From positions 1 through 34,764 of the forward strand of contig NW_021829888.1 in assembly GCF_006345805.1 (NCBI RefSeq): 34,764 bases of DNA. Reading direction: 5' to 3'. A program made the translations under genes and the position numbers. Below, piece after piece: positions 1-10,078 of this stretch (within the stretch, counting starts at the first letter, position 1; each line of letters begins with the position of its first letter). A model generated the notes under the pieces. The model saw only the letters and a list, made by a program, of their open reading frames with translations. It had not been told where the DNA came from and did not search any database. Source of the stretch: Octopus sinensis. Taxonomy: Eukaryota.

Positions 1-230
1 TGAGGTCTCTAATGTACCTTTAGGATGAAGAGAGCAATTTTTGAAATTTTGTTGAATATGCTGCTCCTTCAGCGAACTTCCGAACGCGTGAGTGATATGT
101 CTGCAGTGTGTGTTGATAACTTGGTACAATAGTTGGAGACCTCTAGCATATATTGTGAATACATATTAGAAAAGCATAACCTTTGGAAACTTTCACTTCC
201 TTTTTCTGTTATAAGAGCTTTCGTGTCTCT

Positions 231-801
231 TGCTTTCCGTCTACCACTCCACTCACAAGGCTTTCGTTGACTCGAGGCTATAGTAGAAGACACTTAAGGC
301 GGCGAGCTGGCAGAATCGTTAGCACGTCGGGCGAAATGCTTAGCGGTATTTCGGCTGCCGTTACGTCGTGAGTTCAAATTCCGCCGAGGTCGACTTTGCC
401 TTTCATCCTTTCGGGGTCGATAAATTAAGTACCAGTTACGCACTGGGGTCGATGTAATCGACTTAATACCTATGTCTGTCCTTGTTTGTCCCCTCTGTGT
501 TTAGCCCCTTGTGGATAATAAAGAAATAGGTATTTCGTCTGTCGTTACGTCCTGAGTTCAAATTCCGCCGAGGTCGACTTTGCCTTTCATCCTTTCGGGG
601 TCGATAAATTAAGTATCAGTTTCGCACTGGGGTCGATGTAATCGACTTAATCCGTTGTCTGTCCTTGTTTGTCCCCTCTGTGTTTAGCCCCTTGTAAAGA
701 AATATATAGTAGAAGACACTTGCCTAAAGTGCCACGCAGTGGGACTGAACCCGGAACCATGTGGCTGGTAAGCAAGCTACTTACCACACAGCCACTCCTG
801 C
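231..801 (-). mobile_element. tRNA-derived SINE (host copy), interrupted by a second SINE at 296-704
   Basis: Reverse complement begins GCAGGAGTGGCTGTGTGGTAAGTAGCTTGCTT...GGTTCAGTCCCACTGCGTGGCAC (A/B-box-like head); the body is continuous across the insertion once the TSD is removed. Recognised from memory as a common octopus repeat. Confidence 0.75.
296..704 (+). mobile_element. tRNA-derived SINE, dimeric form (full unit plus 5'-truncated second unit)
   Basis: A-box-like TGGCAGAATCG, B-box-like GAGTTCAAATTCC, core GCCTTTCATCCTTTCGGGGTCGATAAATTAAGTACCAGT present twice; 17-bp TSD TATAGTAGAAGACACTT at 279-295 and 705-721. Confidence 0.9.
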
Positions 802-817
802 ACCAATAAAAAAAGTG

Positions 818-880
818 TTCCCATGCCGGAATCGAACCCGTACTGCCTGGTGAGAGCCATGAATCCAAACTACTATATAA
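818..880 (-). pseudogene. degenerate tRNA-Glu(CTC)-like pseudogene, 5' acceptor strand lost
   Basis: Reverse complement reads ...TAGTAGTTTGGATTCATGGCTCTCACCAGGCAGTACGGGTTCGATTCCGGCATGGGAA, aligning by eye to metazoan tRNA-Glu (anticodon arm CTCTCAC, T-loop GGTTCGATTCC, ATGGGAA end). Confidence 0.6.
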
Positions 881-1419
881 AAATAAATTAGCTTTATTAG
901 AGTATATCAAATTTTGTTTAAGAAAATATCGCCTTTAATGGTTCTTTCCAGGTTCTAAAAAATTAGGATATTCAAGAACTACGCGCGGGTCGATTTACTA
1001 TTCATATCTCAAAGTTTTGTTATTGTAGCTATGTTTGAAATGAAAATGACGGTGGCCCACGGGGCATAAAGTGTCATGCTGTATTAAGTGACTTCTCTTT
1101 AGATACTGAATTCAGATCCAACCTGGAACAACAATTAAAAGTACCAGTAATATACTCTGTCGATATGACTCCGTTGCAACAACTCCACATCTAACATCAG
1201 TACGTGTAATCTTATGTTGTAGTCTATGTTCATTCCAGAATAGAATCCAGTTGGAAATTTTTTTCCAAGGGAAATAACTGTTGTTTATTAATTCAAGGTA
1301 GATAGTCTCCCCTGGTAGTTCCTTCTACCCAGCCAACTACCGTTCTATTGTTAACCCTTCTAACATCTCTGAGGTAATGGAAGCAGCTATTAATAATGAT
1401 GTTCTCCAACAGTGTGAAC

Positions 1420-1620
1420 CTCTCTTTCCCGCTCTCTCTCTCCTTCTCTCTCTCTCTCCGTTAGAACTTAGAGTCAGTATAGATGCACTTCTTGTCAGTT
1501 ACAGCCAGTTCTTTTTTTTACCTGAAAGGATGTAAGATTTTGCTGTCGCCTTCATTTTTCTTCTGCCAACTTTCTGTGTGTGCGCGCGTGTGTGCGCGTG
1601 TGTGTGTGTGTGTGTGTGTG
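1420..1620. repeat. (CT)n at ~1420-1459 and (GT/GC)n at ~1575-1620 microsatellites
   Basis: Directly visible dinucleotide runs. Confidence 0.9.
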
Positions 1621-2058
1621 TCAAATACTCCAGTGAAAAATAATTATTACAAAATAAGCAACAACTCAGAAAAAAAATCTAAGCAAGGTTCAACAAATCG
1701 CTTAAAAAATAAAATAAAACGAAATTTTAAAAATTTCAGCAGCCTAAGGAAATGCTAATGCTACAGATGATACAATAAACGCAGAATATCGAAAACACGA
1801 GCATTGCTTTTCAGTGTAGCCCTAGAAAGCGATATATTCACATTAGGTACATCTTTGATAATAAATCTTAAGGGGAAAATAAAATAGAATATATTATAAT
1901 CAAGGGACATTACACTTTTCTTGAGAGCGTATCTATTTCCCTTGTTGCAAATCTGAAGCGATGACACACAGCACGACCGCAACTGCTAAGTGTTACCACC
2001 TGGGAAGGTCTTGCAATATTTGACGGAACACTTGCCATGAAGATGAATCTGCAAGCTA

Positions 2059-2060
<2 letters not shown>

Positions 2061-2114
<54 letters not shown>

Positions 2115-2482
2115 ACACAAACATACACACACAACATACACACACATACACACACACCACAAACATACACACAAAGACAACACACACCACACAAACACAC
2201 ACACACACCACACACAACATATACACACAAACATATACACAACACACACACAAACACAAACACACACACACAACACACACACACAAACACACACACACAA
2301 ACACACACACACAAACACCACCCACAAAAGACACACACACACACACACCACACACACACACATACATACACACACACACACACAAACATACACACACGCA
2401 CACACACACAAACATACACACACGCACAAACATACACGCACAAACACAAACACACACACAAACACAAACATACACACACACA

Positions 2483-2523
<41 letters not shown>

Positions 2524-2642
2524 TACACATACAAACATGCACACGCATACACATACACGCACAATCCACAGACTTAAATACATACGCTCTCAGACACAAA
2601 ATCACTGATACAAACGCAGTCACAGAAAAATAATCATACACA

Positions 2643-2673
<31 letters not shown>
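2061..2673. repeat. compound (CA)n microsatellite
   Basis: Directly visible; accounts for the HT/CV-repeat ORFs. Confidence 0.95.
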
Positions 2674-2932
2674 CGTGTAGTGTGTTTATTTGATCAAATT
2701 TAATGATGAGCGAGCAGCTGTTTAAAACAAAAAGAGATGAGAAGATAAAGATGAGTGGATGAAACGAAGGAACACAACAGCAAAAGCTCTCCAAATTAGC
2801 CATTCTCGTTCGATATTGAGAACAGCAACTCTTCCTCTGCCTACCACTCAAGCCGTGCATCTGAAACCACACAACTGGCAATATTTTGCCGACCCCCATA
2901 TGCGTAGTACCCCAGTATTATTGGATTACCAT

Positions 2933-5780
2933 AAGGCGGCGAGCTGGCAGGAACGTTAGCACGCCGGCCAAAATGCCTTGCGGTATTTCGTCCGCCGCTG
3001 CGTTCTGAGTTCAATTCCGCGAGGTCGACTTTGCCTTCATTCTTTCGGGGTCGATAAATTAAGTACCAGTTACGAGCTGGCAGGAACGTTAGCACGCCGG
3101 CCAAAATGCCTTGCGGTATTTCGTCCGCCGCTGCGTTCTGAGTTCAAATTCCGCCGAGGTCGACTTTGCCTTTCATTCTTTCGGGGTCGATAAATTAAGT
3201 ACCAGTTACGAGCTGGCAGGAACGTTAGCACGCCGGCCAAAATGCCTTGCGGTATTTCGTCCGCCGCTGCGTTCTGAGTTCAAATTCCGCCGAGGTCGAC
3301 TTTGCCTTTCATTCTTTCGGGGTCGATAATTAAGTACCAGTTACGAGCTGGCAGGAACGTAGCACGCCGGCCAAAATGCCTTGCGTATTTCGTCCGCCGC
3401 TGCGTTCTGAGTTCAAATTCCGCCGAGGTCGACTTGCCTTTCATTCTTTCGGGGTCGATAAATTAAGCCAGTTACGAGCTGGCAGGAACGTTAGCACGCC
3501 GGCCAAAATGCCTTGCGGTATTTCGTCCGCCGCTGCGTTCTGAGTTCAAATTCCGCGAGGTCGACTTTGCCTTTCATTCTTTCGGGGTCGATAATTAAGT
3601 ACCAGTTACGAGCTGGCAGGAACGTTAGCACGCCGGCCAAAATGCCTTGCGGTATTTCGTCCGCCGCTGCGTTCTGAGTTCAAATTCCGCCGAGGTCGAC
3701 TTTGCCTTTCATTCTTTCGGGGTCGATAAATTAAGTACCAGTTACGAGCTGGCAGGAACGTTAGCACGCCGGCCAATGGGCCTTGCGGTATTTCGTCCGC
3801 CGCTGCGTTCTGAGTTCAAATTCCGCCGCCGGGTCGACTTTGCCTTTCATTCTTTCGGGGTCGATAATTAAGTACCATTACGAGCGGCAGGACGTTAGCA
3901 CGCCGGCCAAAATGCCTTGCGGTATTTCGTCCGCCGCTGCGTTCTGAGTTCAAATTCCGCCGAGGTCAACTTTGCCTTTCTTCTTTTCGGGTCGATAAAT
4001 TAAGTACCAGTTACGAGCTGGCAGGAAGTGGCACGCCGGCCAAATGCCTTGCGGTATTCGTCCGCCGCTGCGTCTGAGTTCAAATTCCGCCAGGTCGACT
4101 TTGCCTTTCATTCTTTCGGGGTCGATAATTAAGTACCAGTTACGAGCTGGCAGGAACGTTAGCACGCCGGCCAAAATGCCTTGCGGTATTTCGTCCGCCG
4201 CTGCGTTCTGAGTTCAAATTCCGCCGAGGTCGACTTTGCCTTTCATTCTTTCGGGGTCGATAAATTAAGTACCAGTTACGAGCTGGCAGGAACGTTAGCA
4301 CGCCGGCCAAAATGCCTTGCGGTATTTCGTCCGCCGCTGCGTTCTGAGTTCAAATTCCGCCGAGGTCGACTTTGCCTTTCATTCTTTCGGGGTCGATAAA
4401 TTAAGTACCAGTTACGAGCTGGCAGGAACGTTAGCACGCCGGCCAAAATGCCTTGCGGTATTTCGTCCGCCGCTGCGTTCTGAGTTCAAATTCCGCCGAG
4501 GTCGACTTTGCCTTTCATTCTTTCGGGGTCGATAAATTAAGTACCAGTTACGAGCTGGCAGGAACGTTAGCACGCCGGCCAAATGCCTTGCGGTATTTCG
4601 TCCGCCGCTGTGTTCTGAGTTCAAATTCCGCCGCCGAGGTCGACTTTGCCTTTCATTCTTTCGGGGTCGATAAATTAAGTACCAGTTACGAGCAGCTGGC
4701 AGGACGTTAGCACGCCGGCCAAAATGCCTTGCGGTATTTCGTCCGCCGCTGCGTTCTGAGTTCAAATTCCGCCGAGGTCGACTTTGCCTTTCATTCTTTC
4801 GGGGTCGATAAATTAAGTACCAGTTACGAGCTGGCAGGAACGTTAGCACGCCGGCCAAAATGCCTTGCGGTATTTCGTCCGCCGCTGCGTTCTGAGTTCA
4901 AATTCCGCCGAGGTCGACTTTGCCTTTCATTCTTTCGGGGTCGATAAATTAAGTACCAGTTACGAGCTGGCAGGAACGTTAGCACGCCGGCCAAAATGCC
5001 TTGCGGTATTTCGTCCGCCGCTGCGTTCTGAGTTCAAATTCCGCCGAGGTCGACTTTGCCTTTCATTCTTTCGGGGTCGATAAATTAAGTACCAGTTACG
5101 AGCTGGCAGGAACGTTAGCACGCCGGCCAAAATGCCTTGCGGTATTTCGTCCGCCGCTGCGTTCTGAGTTCAAATTCCGCCGAGGTCGACTTTGCCTTTC
5201 ATTCTTTCGGGGTCGATAAATTAAGTACCAGTTACGAGCTGGCAGGAACGTTAGCACGCCGGCCAAAATGCCTTGCGGTTTTCGTCCGCCGCTGCGTTCT
5301 GAGTTCAAACTCCGCCGAGGTCGACTTTGCCTTTCATTCTTTCGGGGTCGATAAATTAAGTACCAGTTACGAGCTGGCAGGAACGTTAGCACGCCGGCCA
5401 AAATGCCTTGCGGTATTTCGTCCGCCGCTGCGTTCTGAGTTCAAATTCCGCCGAGGTCGACTTTGCCTTTCATTCTTTCGGGGTCGATAAATTAAGTACC
5501 AGTTACGCACTGGGGTCGATATAATCGACTTAATCCGTTTGTCTATCCTTGTTTGTCCCTTCTGTGTTTAACCCCTTGGGTGTAGTAAAGAAATAGGCAT
5601 TTCATCCGCCGCTACGTTCTGAGTTCAAATTCCGCCGTGGTCGACTTTGCCTTTCATCCTTTCGGGGTCAATTAAATAAGTACCAGTTACGCACTGGGGT
5701 CGATATAATCGACTTAATCCGTTTGTCTGTCCTTGTTTGTCCCCTCTATGTTTAGCCCCTTGTGGGGTAGTAAAGAAATA
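2933..5780 (+). mobile_element. single SINE insertion (same family as 296-704) with tandemly amplified head
   Basis: Starts AAGGCGGCGAGCTGGCAG as at 296; ends with the same dimeric tail (5507-5780); 16-bp TSD ATTATTGGATTACCAT at 2917-2932 and 5781-5796. Confidence 0.92.
2941..5506 (+). repeat. 19-copy tandem array of a 136-bp SINE-head unit
   Basis: Units start at 2941, 3074, 3210, 3345, 3476, 3610, 3746, 3882, 4015, 4144, 4280, 4416, 4552, 4690, 4828, 4964, 5100, 5236, 5371; each carries A/B-box-like motifs and the SINE core. Confidence 0.95.
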
Positions 5781-5997
5781 ATTATTGGATTACCATGATT
5801 CTATTGGTCCGTTCATAGTTCTTGAGGAGGGGACTCTGTGGGGGATGGTCTTGCCGGTTGTCGAAAATCACCCCCCTCACCGACAACTAAACTGGTAAAA
5901 TCACAAGTTCAGTTGTCGGCGACAAAAACATGCAGCGGATTGCACTGATTCTGGGTTAACAACAGGATTCTCGCGTGACATAATTGCACGTATACAA

Positions 5998-6520
5998 ATG
6001 TGTGTGTGTGTGTTTATGTATGTTCTATGTACGTACTTACGTACGTACGTACGTATGTACGTATGTATGTATGTATGTATGTATGTATGTATGCATGTGT
6101 GTATGTATGTATGTATGTATGCTTGTATGTATGTATGTATGTATGTATGTATGTATGTATGTATGCATGTGTGTATGTATGTATGTATGTATGCATGTGT
6201 GTATGTATGTATGTATGTATGCTTGTATGTATGTATGTATGTATGTATGTATGTATGCATGCATGTGTGTATGTATGTATGTATGTATGTATGTATGTAT
6301 GTATGTGTCTGTGTATATATATACATGTATAATACATATGCATATGTATGCATATATTATTATGCTATAGACATACTCATATACGCACACACACACACAA
6401 ACATACATGCATACGTGTATGCATACATACATACATACATACATACATACATACATACATACATACATACATACATACATACATACATACATACATACAT
6501 GCATGCATACATACACACAT
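5998..6520. repeat. (TATG)n then (CATA)n microsatellite with an irregular core; left arm of an inverted repeat
   Basis: Visible tetranucleotide runs; core 6301-6389 is the reverse complement of ~6870-6961. Confidence 0.9.
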
Positions 6521-6840
6521 TATGGCTGTCCCCTCGTTATCGAGTATGGCCATTGCACGAAGCTTAACTGTTACTGGTGCTGTGATCGAATGTGACTTTT
6601 TAGCCCAGCCAAAGATCTACAATGTCTTGTACAGAATTGGCCGCTAAAACCTTTACCGGTAAAAAGTCGGCTGTAGTTGTAACTGGGCTTCATGTACCTT
6701 TGCATGTCGTTTAAGTCCTCCTGCTGAATTACACTCTCTTCCACATGCCCGACAGATATGATTAGTATGGTGTGTTACATCACCACCAGTGGCCAGGTTG
6801 TCACTCATCTGTCTCGCTTTATGACTACGAAGTCTATTCC
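6521..6840 (-). mobile_element. 3' terminal fragment of a LINE (RTE-type) encoding C-terminal C2H2 zinc fingers
   Basis: Minus strand: HICRACGRECNSAGGLKRHAKVH, then after a 1-nt shift in a T5 run (6661-6665) GFSGQFCTRHCRSLAGLKSHIRSQHQ* (stop 6571-6573), a short 3' UTR and a microsatellite tail. C-terminal C2H2 fingers are typical of RTE-clade ORF2; clade call is inference. Confidence 0.6.
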
Positions 6841-8466
6841 TGTATGTATGTATGCATGCATGCATGTATGTGCGTATATGAGTATGTCTATAACAATAGT
6901 ATATGCATACATATGCATATATATTATATATTTATATATGTATACACACACAGATACATACATACATACATACATACACACCCATACGTACACACACACA
7001 TACATACACACATACATACATACATGCATGCATGCATGCATGCATACATACATACATACATACATACATACACACATACATACATACATACATACATACA
7101 CACATACATACATACATACATACATACATACATACATACACACATACATTCATACATACATACATACATACATACATACATACATACATACATACATTCA
7201 TACATACATACATACAACATACATACACACATACATTCATACATACACACATACATACATACATACATACGTACATACATACATACATACATACATACAC
7301 ACATACATACATACATACATACATACATACATACGTACATACATACATACATACATACACACATACATTCATACATACATACATACATACATACATCACA
7401 CATACATTCATACATACACACATACATACATACATACATACATACATACATACATACATACGTACATACATACATACACACATACATTCATACATACATA
7501 CATACATACATAGATACATACGTACGTACATACATACACCATACATTCATACATACATACATACATACATACATACACACATGGATACACATACATACAT
7601 ACATACATACATACATACATACATACATACATACACACATACATTCATACATACATACATACATACAAACATACGTACATACATACATACATACATACGT
7701 ACATACGTACATACATACATACATACATTCATACATACATACATACATACATACATACATACATACATACACACATACATACATACATACATACACACAT
7801 ACATACATACATACATACACACATACATACATACATACATACATACATACATACATACATACATACATGCGTACATACATACATACATACGTACATACGT
7901 ACATACATACATACATACATTCATACATACATACATACATACACACATACATACATACATACATACATACATACATACTACATACATACATACATACATA
8001 CATACACACACACACATACATACATACATACATACATACATACATACGCACATACATACACCATACATACATACATACATACACCATACACCATACATAC
8101 ACACACACATACATACATCCATACATACATACATACATACATACATACACACATACATTCATACATACATACATACATACATCACACATACACACATACA
8201 TACATACATACATACATACATACATACATACATACTTACATACATACATACATACATACATACACACATACATACATACATACATACACACATACATACA
8301 TACATACATACATACACACACATACATACATACATACATGCATACATACATACATACATACATGCATACATGCATACATACATACATACATACATACATA
8401 CACACACACATACATACATACATACATACATACACACATACATTCATACATACATGCATACATGCA

Positions 8467-8500
<34 letters not shown>

Positions 8501-8572
8501 CATGCATGCATACATACATACATGCATACATACATACATACATACATACATACATACATACATACATGCATA
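6841..8572. repeat. ~1.7-kb (CATA)n microsatellite; right arm of an inverted repeat
   Basis: Directly visible; source of the long YIHT/MYVC ORFs. Confidence 0.95.
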
Positions 8573-9160
8573 CTCACAAACGCATTCACATGTCATAGGT
8601 GTGTATTGAATAAATTTGAATAATTGTGTGTATGTGTGTGTGTGTGCATTTGCGTGTGTGTTCGTGAGTGTGTGTGTGCGCGCGCGCGCGACAGAAAGAC
8701 AGACAGAGAATGAGATTGAAGCATCTACTTCCTAATCCAAAGTAATATAATTGTTTCCATATTGTGTTTATGACGTCACAATATCGTTGACGTTTTTTTT
8801 TTTTTTCGTGAGATTTGGTTTGAAAACTCTTCAGTCTCTTTCAACCTTTCTCGGTGATTAGAGGCTAGGGAATGTGTGCGCCAGGGGGCATACCCAGACA
8901 TCTGAAGACTAGGGTGAAGTAACAGACATCTTCAGCTTGTTTTTGATGTTTGTGAGGTTGTTTTATGCACCTTTGAGTTCTTAAGCACCCAATCTAACAT
9001 GCTGGTTGGTAGCATAACATAGTGACAAGGTTTCCGGTAGCATTCCTGTACCCGGATGAACTGTTAACCAGGCCATTTCAGGAGAGAAAACCTGGGGGTT
9101 CCAACCAGAAACATATACCTCACTCGCAATACATTCCATAATATATTTTATTATAAATAG

Positions 9161-9261
9161 TGAGAAAGTAGAGAATGTGACGTTAAAAGATGATGGAAAC
9201 GAAATACTGCTTCCTCAAGTTATAATCATTCGTGTGTCAAGAAAATATACTTATAAACATG
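9161..9261 (+). CDS. candidate internal exon of an unidentified host gene
   Basis: TTTTATTATAAATAG acceptor, 101 bp with one open frame (EKVENVTLKDDGNEILLPQVIIIRVSRKYTYKH), strong donor ATG|GTAAGT, in non-repetitive AT-rich DNA. No partner exon identified. Confidence 0.4.
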
Positions 9262-9400
9262 GTAAGTATTTAAATGAATATAAAAAATATTGTCTGTTGC
9301 TATTAAACTGTTTGAAGATCTTTTTAAGAGATTTTTTTTTATAGTAAAGCAAAATAAATTCTTCATTAGATGTTCGATATTCTGCTTAAACACTATTTTT

Positions 9401-9630
9401 TGTTCCTTCTCGAGTCATGCCTGGCTCATGAGGGTCGGTTTCCCTCTTTCATTGGCGTATAGGTTCCCTACCTGGACAGGATACCGGTCTCTCGCATGTG
9501 AGCTGCTAGATGCAGGAGGAAAGTGTGAGAGGAAGTTGTGGTGAAAGAATCAGCGAAAGTTAACTATTTCATTACCTTCTGCCGGAGCCACGTGGTGCTT
9601 ATGTGTTTTGCTCATAAACCATAAACACAC
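9401..9630 (-). mobile_element. tRNA-derived SINE, 3' part (5' part at 20846-20931)
   Basis: Joining 20846-20931 to 9401-9630 gives a continuous SINE on the minus strand; split by the LTR complex. Confidence 0.75.
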
Positions 9631-9769
9631 TGTGGTGTGTGGTGAAGGAGTGTGACGGATGGGGGAGAGCGGAAGTGGGGCTTGGGGAGAATGAGATGGA
9701 CTGGGCAACAGGTGGACGTGTTTGCCAATGAGCTTAGAAGACTGGCTAAATTGGCGGGTTATGAGGGAG

Positions 9770-10065
9770 TGTAGTGAGTGTGTGCGATTTGAATATAGAG
9801 GCACCTACCTTCTCTTCGTGGTGACGGAGATCCTCCCGAGATGGCTGGTCCTTCCTCACAGCCCCTACCCGAACACTAACGATAGCAGCTGCTAGCCCCA
9901 AACCCTTTAGCGACTTCCTCGCACGTCTTGTCACCAGCACAATCCACGTTGGAAAGGTCAACTTCCGCCCCCTGCGCGCGTTTGACGGCTGACCCCTTCC
10001 GCTTGCCCCAGCTTCCGGTCAACGCACCCCGCTGGCTGACGTCCTGCTGCTGACGTCATCCCACA
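9770..10065 (-). repeat. family-A 3' LTR (296 bp)
   Basis: TGTGGG...ACTACA on the minus strand; differs from 13680-13974 by 5 transitions and 1 indel; preceded by purine tract AAGATCAGGGTGGCG. Confidence 0.95.
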
Positions 10066-10078
10066 CGCCACCCTGATC

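Noticed and set aside
1058-1190. Highly decayed SINE-like stretch (AAAAGTACCAGT, TTCAGATCC)
   Set aside because: Only short motif matches; boundaries cannot be supported.
1914-2048. Possible minus-strand 135-bp exon (FIFMASVPSNIARPSQVVTLSSCGRAVCHRFRFATREIDTLSRK)
   Set aside because: AG/GT ends and an open frame exist, but there is no pyrimidine tract, the donor is weak, I recognise no protein and it is antisense to the better candidate at 9161; unsupported without RNA data.
2675-2720. Strong minus-strand pyrimidine tract plus AG acceptor
   Set aside because: Followed by only ~14 codons running into a GT repeat; no convincing donor.
2941-5506. CRISPR array or multicopy small-protein gene cluster (MRYFVRRC... 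ORFs)
   Set aside because: Units are contiguous with no unique spacers, there are no cas genes, and the unit is a SINE head; ORFs start at TTG and shift frame every 136 bp.
5901-8609. Long ORFs up to 608 aa (YIHT/MYVC repeats), and similar ORFs at 1910-2899, 26414-27396 and 30638-33858
   Set aside because: They arise because CA/TA/CATA microsatellites lack stop codons; open on both strands and in several frames.
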